A stretch of 64,000 bases of DNA from IMG/VR virus record IMGVR_UViG_3300036790_000219, positions 1-64,000 of that record. One strand, written 5' to 3'. Source of the DNA: a virus. A model generated the notes under the pieces. It did not search any database. It saw only the letters and a list, made by a program, of their open reading frames with translations, and was not told the origin of the DNA. Every line of letters begins with the position of its first letter. Position 1 is the first letter of the stretch. Shown here piece after piece: positions 34,434-44,275 of this stretch. The translations under genes and the position numbers were made by a program.

Positions 34434-34632
34434 ATTGCCGATGACGATGGAACAGGCACAAGCCAAATGCCGTAAGTGGCGCGAGAAAGGTGATACACGA
34501 TCGCTTGCTGCTGCAAATAGACTTGAAGCAAAGTTCCGGCCACACCCAGAATATCAGAGTGATGTTATGTGGTTATTAGAAAGGCAGTCTGGGGTTGGTA
34601 TGTGACCAGTAAAACTATCGTGTGAGATAATT

Positions 34633-35154
34633 ATGGCCGAGCGATACAAGTCACATCAGTTTACACCGGACAAACAGCCCAAGGTTAGAGGCCGGAAGAA
34701 GGGCAAGCCAAATCGGTTGACTGCTGTCATTAAGGACGCTGTGGAAGGTGCCCTGGACGACATTGGGGAAATGGCACCCATCTATGAGAAGGTCAGGACT
34801 GTGAAGGGTCGTGTACTCAAGGTTGATGGTAAGCCTGTGATGCGGCTGGTAGGGTGGAAGCCAACTGGGAAGGACGGTGCACGGGGGTTCTTCCGCTGGC
34901 TGGGAGTTCATGAGCCAACAACATTTGCGGGTGTGGCCGCTAAGATCATTCCGCAGCAGATCAATGCACAGGTCAAGCATGATCACGAACACACAATCAA
35001 TTCCCGGTTTGAGGGTGTTGATCTTAGCAAGTTGAATTCCGCTGATCTGCAGACCATGATGCGGGAAGCGTTGAATCTGACGAAGCCCTTGCCCCCCAAA
35101 CAATTAGAGTTACAAGCTGAGGAGATAGTGGACGAGCAGGAGGAGGCAGCGTAA
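34633..35154 (+). CDS. terminase small subunit (putative)
   Basis: GRKKGKPNRLT..IKDAV..KIIPQQINAQV; position before TerL. Confidence 0.7.
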   Translation: MAERYKSHQFTPDKQPKVRGRKKGKPNRLTAVIKDAVEGALDDIGEMAPIYEKVRTVKGRVLKVDGKPVMRLVGWKPTGKDGARGFFRWLGVHEPTTFAGVAAKIIPQQINAQVKHDHEHTINSRFEGVDLSKLNSADLQTMMREALNLTKPLPPKQLELQAEEIVDEQEEAA

Positions 35155-35156
35155 AT

Positions 35157-35396
35157 ATGGATCCGGTGCTCACACTCTTTGTGCTCATAGGGGTTGTATC
35201 CCTTACAGCTGTGCCATGGATAATACTTTACGTTGTCTGTAGAATAGAGGACCGGCTAGATGGTCTTGAGGAAACCTTTGTTGAGGTATTAGGCAGCAGT
35301 GATGGTGAAGGGGGGCCGGACGATGATCCAGGACCAGGTGAGGAAGAACCTAAGTCCCACAGTAATGTGATAGCCTTCAGCAAGAAGGTAACATAA
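35157..35396 (+). CDS. small membrane protein
   Basis: N-terminal TM helix, acidic tail. Confidence 0.55.
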   Translation: MDPVLTLFVLIGVVSLTAVPWIILYVVCRIEDRLDGLEETFVEVLGSSDGEGGPDDDPGPGEEEPKSHSNVIAFSKKVT

Positions 35397-35408
35397 AGTT
35401 ATGAAAGT

Positions 35409-35612
35409 ATGAGGGGTGGTGGAGGATATAGGCAACTAGAAGGGTACCCCATGACTGTCGCCGAAGCCATTGCGATTATCAACGAAGAGTTGAAAGCACG
35501 AAAAGCATACCCGGACGAGTTTGATAATGATATTACTGAGGCGATTAGTATTATACTAACTATATGCCAACGATTACAAGACACGTTTGGGAAGGGGAAC
35601 GAAGAGTTATGA
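35409..35612 (+). CDS. hypothetical protein
   Basis: Coupled ORF. Confidence 0.45.
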   Translation: MRGGGGYRQLEGYPMTVAEAIAIINEELKARKAYPDEFDNDITEAISIILTICQRLQDTFGKGNEEL

Positions 35613-35821
35613 ACGCACTCCTCTTTGGTCTGCCGGTGAAGGACGGGCTGGTTTGTGCTAACCCGATCTGCACAGCCTACGCTGACTATATCATCCACAC
35701 AGGAGCGCCAGAGAAGCCGCTAGAGGTCCTGGCCTGTGCGGAGCACATGCATGGCCTAAGCGCGGGCAAGCGTATCCTGAAGCTGGAGAAGCTTAAGGAA
35801 CCAGGTTCGAGGAATAAGTGA
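35609..35821 (+). CDS. Zn-finger-like hypothetical protein
   Basis: CANPIC..CAEH. Confidence 0.5.
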   Translation: MNALLFGLPVKDGLVCANPICTAYADYIIHTGAPEKPLEVLACAEHMHGLSAGKRILKLEKLKEPGSRNK

Positions 35822-35824
35822 CGC
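35801..35824 (+). repeat. 24-bp direct repeat copy 1
   Basis: CCAGGTTCGAGGAATAAGTGACGC. Confidence 0.85.
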
Positions 35825-35858
35825 GCCCGGCGGTTCCGGGCATAGCAGGAGAAGAAGT

Positions 35859-36173
35859 ATGTTTACATTGAAGCTCTATAGAAACGGCCCGCTGCCTCCG
35901 GCGGGCAAAACCGTGATTCTCGAAACGGTCGGTTTGTGGATCGGACATTGCGACGGGGGCGTAAAGCATATTCGAGCCTTCAAAAAGAAGGTCGGCGTAC
36001 AAGACGAGGACGGCACGCCGGAGTTTTACGTCGGCGGCCAGCCAAAGAGCGACGACGATCTTCCTAAAGGGGGCGACAATCTCCGCGACGGTATCTATGC
36101 TGGCGATGATGACTACTACTCCTGGGGCGTTCTCGAAAATGCCATGGGTAAGACGACAGAAATGTTCCGATAG
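35859..36173 (+). CDS. hypothetical protein in repeat-flanked cassette
   Basis: MFTLKL..LENAMGKTTEMF; strong RBS. Confidence 0.7.
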   Translation: MFTLKLYRNGPLPPAGKTVILETVGLWIGHCDGGVKHIRAFKKKVGVQDEDGTPEFYVGGQPKSDDDLPKGGDNLRDGIYAGDDDYYSWGVLENAMGKTTEMFR

Positions 36174-36177
36174 CCAC

Positions 36178-36201
36178 CCAGGTTCGAGGAATAAGTGACG
36201 C
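36178..36201 (+). repeat. 24-bp direct repeat copy 2
   Basis: Identical to 35801-35824. Confidence 0.85.
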
Positions 36202-36521
36202 CCTTACGAAGCGACCAAGACTACGTAGAATGGGAACCAACACCTGAAGATGAGCGAGTAAAGGCACACCGCCTATCCTCAACTGGGTGGGAAGAAGATG
36301 TGGAGGTTTCTAGTTTACGCAAGGGCGACGTCTTCAAGATGGTATTCGACGGTGAGGCTATACACCCCATTACTAGGGAAGCCGATGACCAGGTTGTTGC
36401 CCTTGCTGTAGCAGATGCTTTTCGTATGGACCCGTACGGAAGTACAGGACAAACTCGGGGGTACGGTGTTCTTATTGAAGTCTTCGATTATTTGGATCAA
36501 ATCAAAACATCATTGTCCTAA
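36195..36521 (+). CDS. hypothetical protein
   Basis: GTG start inside the repeat, with RBS. Confidence 0.55.
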   Translation: MTPLRSDQDYVEWEPTPEDERVKAHRLSSTGWEEDVEVSSLRKGDVFKMVFDGEAIHPITREADDQVVALAVADAFRMDPYGSTGQTRGYGVLIEVFDYLDQIKTSLS

Positions 36522-36549
36522 CTCCTCATGCCGCCAGGTTCTTAGGGAA

Positions 36550-36741
36550 ATGAAGCAACATCGTTGGTCTGGATGGCCTGGTGCATACTGTCTTGATTGT
36601 GGCTGTGAAAATCCTATCGAAATAGCATTGGCTGACGGAAATTATATTGAGGTTGAGGACTCAGCCGCTCCCCTGGGATTTCGTTACGAGTTTCCCAATG
36701 TGGTTGTGCCTCCATGCGTCAGTCTCAGACGATGGTGGTAA
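36550..36741 (+). CDS. small Cys-containing hypothetical protein
   Basis: HRWSGWPGAYCLDCG. Confidence 0.5.
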   Translation: MKQHRWSGWPGAYCLDCGCENPIEIALADGNYIEVEDSAAPLGFRYEFPNVVVPPCVSLRRWW

Positions 36742-37037
36742 TATCAAAAGCTCGTTTGGGTGAGCTACAAAAGATGCAAGTTCATCCTTCTGGTTTTCCT
36801 ATGAGTGAGGTTTCGTGTAGTTGTTGTTTCTACTTTGTGCGAGTGACTGGCCCAGAAGCAGGTCCGTTGGTTTATCAAGAGTGCTGGCGCTACCCGGCGC
36901 GCCAACGCAGACGTCCAACTGAGTGGTGTGGTGAGTTCTCAAGATGCGTCCCGCCTCCAAGTCACGAACACAGCGAACCAAGTGGTCCCCTGAGCGGTGG
37001 CAACAGCACTGGTTCTCCCACTGTGGACAAGCTTTAG
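36732..37037 (+). CDS. Cys-rich hypothetical protein
   Basis: CSCCFY..ECWRYP..WCGEF. Confidence 0.45.
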   Translation: MVVISKARLGELQKMQVHPSGFPMSEVSCSCCFYFVRVTGPEAGPLVYQECWRYPARQRRRPTEWCGEFSRCVPPPSHEHSEPSGPLSGGNSTGSPTVDKL

Positions 37038-37259
37038 CCAAAGCGGTAGAGGCTAAGCGTAATAACGATCACAAGATGCATGGAGCCTGGCTTCGCAGAG
37101 CAGCTAGCTGTGCGCGAATGGCTGCGAGCTTAGAGAGGATAGTTTGATGCACCACGTAATCACCGTAGCAGACGTTCTGAAGGTTAGCGGAATTACTTTG
37201 ATCATCCTCTCGGTGATCGGTGGTTTCTGCTGGTTCGTCTCAAAGATAGACTTCTCCAA

Positions 37260-37496
37260 ATGACCCACATCATTGTTCACAACCATCTGCCGAAGCGGAG
37301 AACGGTTGACCAGCCAACACTGGGCAGGCTGTCTCCTGGCATGCCTCCTCAGAACAGGGATACTGAGGACGTACCTGGTTCTGGTCCATATACATTCGAA
37401 TCCAAGACCAAGCAAGAGGGTTGGGGCAAGTCTCACCATGCGTCACAAGAAGTAGTGAAAGACGCAAAGAAAAAGAAGAAGCGGCGAATCAAGTGA
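37260..37496 (+). CDS. leader-family small protein (MTHIIVHNHLPKRRTVD)
   Basis: Shared N-terminal motif; coupled to terL. Confidence 0.7.
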   Translation: MTHIIVHNHLPKRRTVDQPTLGRLSPGMPPQNRDTEDVPGSGPYTFESKTKQEGWGKSHHASQEVVKDAKKKKKRRIK

Positions 37497-39214
37497 CAGT
37501 CCTTGAACTGCCGTCAGTTCAGCTTCCTTCTCCACTCAATCAACCTAATGTCCCCGACGACCTTCTGGTTGAGATTGAGGCGTCACAACGTAGACGCCTA
37601 GAACACTTTCTGGCGGTAGAGCGTAACGGCCTTATTGAGCCAGAACTTGAGTCTTGTCGTAGAGACATTTTCTACTGGTTCACGAATTATGCGTGGACCT
37701 ATGATCCTAGGAATGCGGACGTAGAGGAGTCAGTCACCGGACAGAGACTACCAACGTGGTTACCGTTCGATTTGTGGCCTCGTCAGATAGAACTCATTCG
37801 CTGGTTTGACTTCCTGCTCAAGTCTAAGAGTGACGGTGCGCTGAAGAAGTCGCGCGATATTGGTTTCACGTGGCTAGCTGCTGCTTATGCTTGGCATAAG
37901 TTCCGTTTTGTTGAAGGCTTTGCTACTACATTTGGTTCGCGCGTTGCCATGCTGGTTGATCAGCTGGGTGACCCCACCACAATATTTGAGAAGATCCGTC
38001 TTATCTACAAGTCAGTTCCGAAGTGGATGTTGCCGCAGGGCTTCGACCCTCGTGAACATGACAAGTTCATGTTGATGATTAACCCCGCCAATGGTGCAAC
38101 AATCCGGGGTGAGGGTGGCGACGAGATGGGGCGTGGTGGTCGCTCGTCTCTGTACTTTATTGACGAAGCGGCCAAGTTAGAGCGTGCTGACCGAGTGGAT
38201 GCGGCCACGTCAGCTAATACTGACGTTCGTATCTGGGGTTCGTCGATCAATCCTCAGAACGAGAACAATCTCTTTCAACGCAAGTATACGTCCTTCCCAG
38301 CAGACCGTGTGTTTCGCTTTCACTACTCTGACGACCCTCGCAAGACCACAGAGTGGGCAGCGAAGAAGCGCGGTTCGCTGTCCCCGGAGATTTGGGCGGC
38401 TGAGTATGAGATTGATGATAGTTATTCGGTTGAGGATATCTGTATACCAGCCAGCTGGGTAGAATCTTCCCGCAAATTGAAAAAGCTATTAAAGGAAAAG
38501 CGGGGTACCACTCTTGAGCCTAAACGTGAGGGTATAGCGGGCGGTGACGTCGGTGGTGGTAAAGCGCAATCCGTCGTCATCGCCCGGTTTGGTGTCGTGG
38601 TTACAGAGCCTTCTGCCTGGCAAAATCCTGATACGATCGATACTGCCTTCAAGATGCTTGATTACTGCCAAGACCTCAAACTCCCGCCAAGAGCCGATCA
38701 GTACATCCCAAGAATTAAGTCGCTACGGTTTGATTCTATTGGCATTGGCCAGGGTGTGTCCGCTGCTCTAAAGCGCAACCCTCGGCCCGGTTTGATCGTT
38801 ACTGGTGTCAATGTTGGTGAGCCGGCAAGCGATGAGCGGTGGCCTGATGGCGAAGAAGCTACTGAGAAATTCGTCAATTGCAAGGCGGAAGCCTGGTGGA
38901 AGGCAAGAGAGTGCTTCAAGCGTACTCATGAAATGGTTTGCTTCCTGGAAGGTACTGGGGGCTTCGAACGGCCGATAGATGAGTTGATTTCTCTCCCAGA
39001 TGACTACCACAATCAACTTGTCACTATCCTTTGTCAGCAGCTTAGCCAGGTCAAGTGGCTACGGAATGAGAAAGGCAAGATCCTGATTGAGTCCAAGGCT
39101 TCGCTGTCTAAGCGGGGCGTTGGTTCACCGGACTTTGCCGATGCTTTGATTCTGACTTTCGCTGGCTACAATAAAGCAGAGAAGTGGGCCGCATTCGCCC
39201 GTGTGAGAGTATGA
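37493..39214 (+). CDS. terL: terminase large subunit
   Basis: KKSRDIGFTW; GGRSSLYFIDEAA; GGDVGGG; SPDFADAL; start reassigned to GTG 37493. Confidence 0.92.
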   Translation: MTVLELPSVQLPSPLNQPNVPDDLLVEIEASQRRRLEHFLAVERNGLIEPELESCRRDIFYWFTNYAWTYDPRNADVEESVTGQRLPTWLPFDLWPRQIELIRWFDFLLKSKSDGALKKSRDIGFTWLAAAYAWHKFRFVEGFATTFGSRVAMLVDQLGDPTTIFEKIRLIYKSVPKWMLPQGFDPREHDKFMLMINPANGATIRGEGGDEMGRGGRSSLYFIDEAAKLERADRVDAATSANTDVRIWGSSINPQNENNLFQRKYTSFPADRVFRFHYSDDPRKTTEWAAKKRGSLSPEIWAAEYEIDDSYSVEDICIPASWVESSRKLKKLLKEKRGTTLEPKREGIAGGDVGGGKAQSVVIARFGVVVTEPSAWQNPDTIDTAFKMLDYCQDLKLPPRADQYIPRIKSLRFDSIGIGQGVSAALKRNPRPGLIVTGVNVGEPASDERWPDGEEATEKFVNCKAEAWWKARECFKRTHEMVCFLEGTGGFERPIDELISLPDDYHNQLVTILCQQLSQVKWLRNEKGKILIESKASLSKRGVGSPDFADALILTFAGYNKAEKWAAFARVRV

Positions 39215-39221
39215 TTAAGCT

Positions 39222-39530
39222 ATGCTTTATTTGATAGGGGAAAAGGTCCGATGCATGCTTGCGGACTACCACCCCGGCAAGTCAATTCTGATTCTGACCG
39301 CTACGGCGGATAGCCTCTCCTTGGCTGAGGACTTTGACACAGCCTTCAATGATGTTGGAATAAAGTCAACAATTGATCGGCCAATGGACACGGTGTCCGG
39401 TTTGCATGTGACGGATCCGGTGCTCGCCGAATTGATTACTGCGGCCACACACATCAGGTGTATTATTGATCCCGTAACTTCTGCACCGGATGGCGTGATC
39501 GTAATTAACTTCGGTCGGAAGGCACACTAG
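39222..39530 (+). CDS. hypothetical protein
   Basis: ORF downstream of terL. Confidence 0.5.
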   Translation: MLYLIGEKVRCMLADYHPGKSILILTATADSLSLAEDFDTAFNDVGIKSTIDRPMDTVSGLHVTDPVLAELITAATHIRCIIDPVTSAPDGVIVINFGRKAH

Positions 39531-39787
39531 TGCTCACCTTTGATTCGCGTCACGCTCCACCGGATGAGCTCAAAGAGCTCCTGAAGAAGCCCTCTTCCCC
39601 AGACCGTGTTGAGTGTGGTGAATCTAATGACTATTGGATTTATGTTAAACGGTCCACGAAGCAAGTTGAGTTAGTCTCAAAACAGACCGGCCGGATTGTA
39701 GCAAACTGCACAGTTGAGCTTGCGCGGGATTTTGGCCTGAGAGAGCTCCAGATTTTGGCAGTCAAGAAAGCTCTCCTCCGTATGTAG
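39530..39787 (+). CDS. hypothetical protein
   Basis: Coupled ORF. Confidence 0.5.
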   Translation: MLTFDSRHAPPDELKELLKKPSSPDRVECGESNDYWIYVKRSTKQVELVSKQTGRIVANCTVELARDFGLRELQILAVKKALLRM

Positions 39788-40266
39788 TGGGCATGGGAAT
39801 CCCCAACGATGAATTTGGTAAGCGGTACTTCGAGGTTATTGAAGCCTTGCGCCAAACTTACGGCACACTAGAGCTTCTGCTTAGATCCGAATTTGGTCCT
39901 ACCATCACACCACCCCAGGTTATGGTGATTTACTATATTGGTGATCAGACGATTACGGTTTCTGAGCTCCGCCGTCGTGGCTATTACTTGGGCAGTAATG
40001 CTACTCACAATCTAGCGAAGCTGATATCTGACGGTTTTATTGAGAATACAAAAAGCAACACCGACCGGCGCGTCACCAACATTAAGTTGACTGTTAAAGG
40101 GAAGAAGCTTTGTATAGTGGTGGCTCAATTCTTTGCCAATACCAGTGCGAGACTTGAGGCAACGAACTCTGTTCATTTTAGTGCGTTTGTTACAGCACAG
40201 GAAGTTCTCTTGGCGATGAATCGCAACTGGGCGGAGAGCAGCCTCTATCATCGGCTAGGGAACTAA
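39787..40266 (+). CDS. MarR-family regulator, LdtR-like
   Basis: RGYYLGSNATHNLAKL..DRRVTNIKLT.KG. Confidence 0.8.
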   Translation: MGMGIPNDEFGKRYFEVIEALRQTYGTLELLLRSEFGPTITPPQVMVIYYIGDQTITVSELRRRGYYLGSNATHNLAKLISDGFIENTKSNTDRRVTNIKLTVKGKKLCIVVAQFFANTSARLEATNSVHFSAFVTAQEVLLAMNRNWAESSLYHRLGN

Positions 40267-40316
40267 TCCTTCAAAAACTCCTTTTCCTTCAAAAACTTGT
40301 CTGAAAGGGTAGCGTC

Positions 40317-40742
40317 ATGACGAGACGCCGTAAATCAACACGTGCCGGGGACATCAATCCCGACAGCCACGTGACTATGAGTTTACAGCAAGTGCTCGTG
40401 GTGGCTAGCATTCTGTTGGCATGTGGTTCTGGCTATGCTTATCTGGTCTGGAACCAGTCTGATGCTAAGACTGCAATTGCTGACGTTAACACCAAGCTTT
40501 CTACGGTGACAGTTAACAACGGCAAGGCTCTGGCGGATGAGGACAGTAAGCGCGAGCAAATGGGCAAGGACTTCCTAGCATCCACCGAGAAGATTGCTGA
40601 CAAGGTGTCGGATTTGAATACTGCCTTGGCCGTTCAACAGACTACATCTAAGCAGATGGCAGATACGTTACAGACGATCTCCAACCAACTCGGTGAGCTC
40701 GCTAAGGTTGCGGCTCCCACTCCAGTAGGAGCGCATAAATGA
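40317..40742 (+). CDS. membrane-anchored coiled-coil protein
   Basis: One TM helix then heptads. Confidence 0.65.
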   Translation: MTRRRKSTRAGDINPDSHVTMSLQQVLVVASILLACGSGYAYLVWNQSDAKTAIADVNTKLSTVTVNNGKALADEDSKREQMGKDFLASTEKIADKVSDLNTALAVQQTTSKQMADTLQTISNQLGELAKVAAPTPVGAHK

Positions 40743-40957
40743 GCCGCGTAATTATTCACAACCATTTACCAAAGCGTAAGACACGGGATGCTGACTGGTG
40801 GGTGGAATATGATTATAAACACCCCAATGGTTATAAAGGTCATGACATACGAATAGTTAAAGCTGGGACGAGGGCTGAGGCCATGGAAAAGGTAACGCGT
40901 TCGTCTGGTTTGGGAACACAAATCAAAGTTACTAGTGTTGAGAAAGATAGAGACTAG
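40739..40957 (+). CDS. leader-family small protein (MSRVIIHNHLPKRKTRD)
   Basis: Shared motif; directly before portal. Confidence 0.7.
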   Translation: MSRVIIHNHLPKRKTRDADWWVEYDYKHPNGYKGHDIRIVKAGTRAEAMEKVTRSSGLGTQIKVTSVEKDRD

Positions 40958-43056
40958 TGGCTCCTCGTTACCGTCCTACATCGTCTGTGCCTACTTTGGA
41001 TTCGGCAACGTTTATGCCGAAGCAGCCTAGGCATGCTTATGTGCGGCCCGGTAAGGTTATTGGTCGGGCTTCGATTAAGCAATCCACCATTAAGAAGGTC
41101 GCACAGGAAGGTAAGCAACTTCGTAAGTCTGCCACTGGTGACTCCTTCCAGAACTTCGCCCTCAATTTAGGCATTGGTACCAACAATGCACTGAGCCAAA
41201 GTCTCTACGGCTTCTACCCAATCACGCGGGTTAGAACACTTTTAGATTGGATCCATCGCGGTAGCTGGATCGGGGGAATTGCCGTAGACTTGCTGGCAAA
41301 TGATATGACGCGCGGTGGGGTGGAGATCCTAACCATAGAAGATCCTCAGAAGGTTGAGAAGCTGCAGCAAGGCATCACCCGTCTCCAGATCTGGAAGAAG
41401 CTGTGCTCAACAGTAAAGTGGTCCCAGTTGTACGGGGGTTGTCTGGCGGTCTTGCTGATTGATGGTCAGGATCCCAAGACGCCGCTACGTATTGATACCG
41501 TCACCAAGAATCAGTTCAAGGGATTGATGGTCCTCGACCGGTGGATGGTTGACCCTGACTTACAGCGGTTAGTTGCTGACTTCGGCCCCCACCTCGGTGA
41601 ACCAGAATGGTATCGTGTGGTAGCAGATGCTCCCGCCATGCGTAACCAGTCCATTCACTACACTCGCTGTATCCGGTTGCTTGGAATTGAGTTGCCATAC
41701 TGGCAGTGTATTATGGAGAATCTCTGGGGCTTGTCGGTCTTTGAGCGCATCTACGATCGCATGGTGGCGTTTGATTCCGCCACGACCGGTGCGGCGCAGC
41801 TGGTGTATAAGTCCTATCTGCGCACGTATAAGATGGACGGCTTGCATGAGGCGGCCACTGCAGCCGGTGACGCACTCGTCGGTATCTCTCAGCGCGTTGA
41901 GTTGATGCGTAAGTACCAGTCTATTGAAGGCATAACCCTACTCGACAGCAAGGATGAGTTTGCTGATACTGGTGGTGCGTCGTCGAGCTTCTCTGGTATT
42001 GCTGACTTGATGCTGCACTTCGCGGAGCAGTTGTCGGGTTCGCTCCAAGTGCCGTTAGTGCGGTTATTGGGTCAATCCCCTGCTGGTTTGAACTCCACGG
42101 GGGAAGCAGACCTGCGGACGTACTACGACAACATTCTACAACGTCAGGAGCACGATCTGCGTGAGGGTATGAACACGGTTCTCCGTGTTCTGGCTAATTC
42201 CCTTGCTATCAAGCTGCCGGAGGAATTCAATTTTAACTTCGTACCGTTGTGGCAACTCGATGAAACTGAAAAAGCTGATGTCGCCGATAAAACCACACGG
42301 ATGGTGTTGGAAACCGAAGCCGGTGGGTTGGTCTCTCAAAAGACGGCACTCCAAGAATTGCGGCAACTCGCCCGCGTCACGGGGCGGTGGACGAACATTG
42401 ACGACAAGATGATTAATGAGGCTAACGACGTCGCCGAACCGCCTGAAGCTGAAATGGGGGCCGCTGCTGAAGGCGGCGAGGGAGGCGAGGAAGAGGCCAA
42501 AGGCGGTGAGGGAGGCAAACCCCCTGGCGGAGAGAAAGGCTCCTCTGCAGCCGAGCTAAAGGGTTTAGAGGGCTTCAAACAGATCCGGCGGGCGGTGGGT
42601 GGCGGGAGCGACCGGGCTTTTGATTCTTACCAGCTTCCGGTCAGCGAAATAGCAGGTTTGCAGATTGTTATAGAAAACCAGGCCGGAACTATTCGTTCAG
42701 GGGAAGGGTGGAGCGTAGTAATGCCTTGTGCGTATGGTTATATAAGAAGGGTAGGGTCTGCGGAAGGGGCTGACGAATATTTGGATTGCTTTGTAGGACC
42801 AAATACGAGTTCTCGTGATGTTTGGGTTGTTGATGCAGTAAATCCGGAAACTGGGAAGTTCGATGAGCATAAAGTCATTCTTGGGGCAAAGACCTCTCAC
42901 GAGGCGCTTGATTATTTTCGCAAGGCTTACGACGATGGCGCAGCCAGACGTATAGGGGCAGTTACGCACTTTGACATGTCGGAGTTGCGATACAAAAACT
43001 GGATTGCTAGGGGCGATAAGCGACGACCACTTGCGATGGATCGAGTTGCGGCATGA
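40957..43056 (+). CDS. portal protein (DUF1073-type) with C-terminal InPase-like domain
   Basis: LYGG..LLIDGQD; GLNSTGEADLRTYYD; C-term IENQAG.IRSG..YGYI..LDCFVGP..FDEHKV. Confidence 0.88.
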   Translation: MAPRYRPTSSVPTLDSATFMPKQPRHAYVRPGKVIGRASIKQSTIKKVAQEGKQLRKSATGDSFQNFALNLGIGTNNALSQSLYGFYPITRVRTLLDWIHRGSWIGGIAVDLLANDMTRGGVEILTIEDPQKVEKLQQGITRLQIWKKLCSTVKWSQLYGGCLAVLLIDGQDPKTPLRIDTVTKNQFKGLMVLDRWMVDPDLQRLVADFGPHLGEPEWYRVVADAPAMRNQSIHYTRCIRLLGIELPYWQCIMENLWGLSVFERIYDRMVAFDSATTGAAQLVYKSYLRTYKMDGLHEAATAAGDALVGISQRVELMRKYQSIEGITLLDSKDEFADTGGASSSFSGIADLMLHFAEQLSGSLQVPLVRLLGQSPAGLNSTGEADLRTYYDNILQRQEHDLREGMNTVLRVLANSLAIKLPEEFNFNFVPLWQLDETEKADVADKTTRMVLETEAGGLVSQKTALQELRQLARVTGRWTNIDDKMINEANDVAEPPEAEMGAAAEGGEGGEEEAKGGEGGKPPGGEKGSSAAELKGLEGFKQIRRAVGGGSDRAFDSYQLPVSEIAGLQIVIENQAGTIRSGEGWSVVMPCAYGYIRRVGSAEGADEYLDCFVGPNTSSRDVWVVDAVNPETGKFDEHKVILGAKTSHEALDYFRKAYDDGAARRIGAVTHFDMSELRYKNWIARGDKRRPLAMDRVAA

Positions 43057-43793
43057 ACTATTGTAGAATTTATCGACAACTTATGCAGCGAGCTAAAACC
43101 CGGCAACCGCTGTTTGGTTGTTACTACGAGAGACACCATGTCAAACCTCGGTGTCTTGGTGGTTTGGATTTGAACCGGAATCTGGTTTTACTCACGGCTG
43201 AGGAGCATTATGTAGCACATCAATTATTGGTAAAGCTTTATCCAAACAATCGGAAGATTATTTGGGCAGCTTTGGCGATGACACGGGGTGCAAAAGGAAA
43301 TCGAGTATCTAACAAATGTTACGGTTGGTTGCGAAGAAAATGGTCAGAAGTCCAAACCAAAAATAATACCGCCAAATCGATCGAAGCCCGGCGAAAGATC
43401 AGCGCCCACGCTAAATTACGTACTGGTTCAGCTAATCCAATGTTTGGAAAGAGGCACCGGCAAGAGTCTTGTGCCTTAATAAGTAAGAATTTGACGGGGA
43501 AGAATACTGGTTCAAAACCTCCGCGTACTCCTGAGCATTGCACAAATCTTAGTGCTTCAATAAAGCAGGGATTCGTTGATGGGAGAAAAGTTAATTTTAA
43601 GGGGGATAGTCACAAGCCAGAGACTATCGAGGTTCTTAGAGTAAAAGCCCTTGAACTGTGGGAACGACAAAAGGCTGCGGGTTTTACGGTATCCAAGGCA
43701 ATGCGAAACAAGCAGCGAGAGGCCCTTCTTAAGTTCTGGGCAGATAGAAAAGCACGGGGATTAACTGGGCGACTTGGATCAGAATGCGCCTAG
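43053..43793 (+). CDS. HNH homing endonuclease with NUMOD3
   Basis: YYERHHVKPRCLGG..NLVLLTAEEHYVAHQLL; NPMFGKRH. Confidence 0.88.
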   Translation: MNYCRIYRQLMQRAKTRQPLFGCYYERHHVKPRCLGGLDLNRNLVLLTAEEHYVAHQLLVKLYPNNRKIIWAALAMTRGAKGNRVSNKCYGWLRRKWSEVQTKNNTAKSIEARRKISAHAKLRTGSANPMFGKRHRQESCALISKNLTGKNTGSKPPRTPEHCTNLSASIKQGFVDGRKVNFKGDSHKPETIEVLRVKALELWERQKAAGFTVSKAMRNKQREALLKFWADRKARGLTGRLGSECA

Positions 43794-44275
43794 TAATTAG
43801 TAATCACACGGCGCGTACTTGTGACGCTGAAAATGGGAGCGCCGTGATACGGGCGATCAAGCAGGCACAGCGTACAGACCCGCTCCAATATATGAAGGGT
43901 TTGAAGAAGATCCGACTCGTCCCAGACCGAGATGACTGGAATGCTAAGTACGACGCCGACGACGATGAGGTTCTACTCGAAGGCAAGTTCCTTGACAAGC
44001 CACTTAATGATATGGTCCAGGTTCTGCTACACGAGGCAGGCCACCGGGGCCAGTCTAAGGATTCTAAGACGTACGAGGCATTCAAGCGTCGTGGGCTGAA
44101 CTTGCTGTCGTTCTTCTTGGCGATGGCGAACAAGGCCCACCGTGAAGACTATGCTCGCAAGGGTGAGATCCCAAATATTGCTGAGGAAGTGTTTGCTGAG
44201 TCCTACTCCCGGTTTGCCTTAAAGCTGGACATGCCGGAAACACTCCGCAAATTTTGGCAGGAGAGAATACAATGA
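43784..44275 (+). CDS. leader-family zincin-like metallopeptidase
   Basis: MRLVISNHTARTCD leader; LLHEAGH; EEVFAESY. Confidence 0.7.
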   Translation: MRLVISNHTARTCDAENGSAVIRAIKQAQRTDPLQYMKGLKKIRLVPDRDDWNAKYDADDDEVLLEGKFLDKPLNDMVQVLLHEAGHRGQSKDSKTYEAFKRRGLNLLSFFLAMANKAHREDYARKGEIPNIAEEVFAESYSRFALKLDMPETLRKFWQERIQ

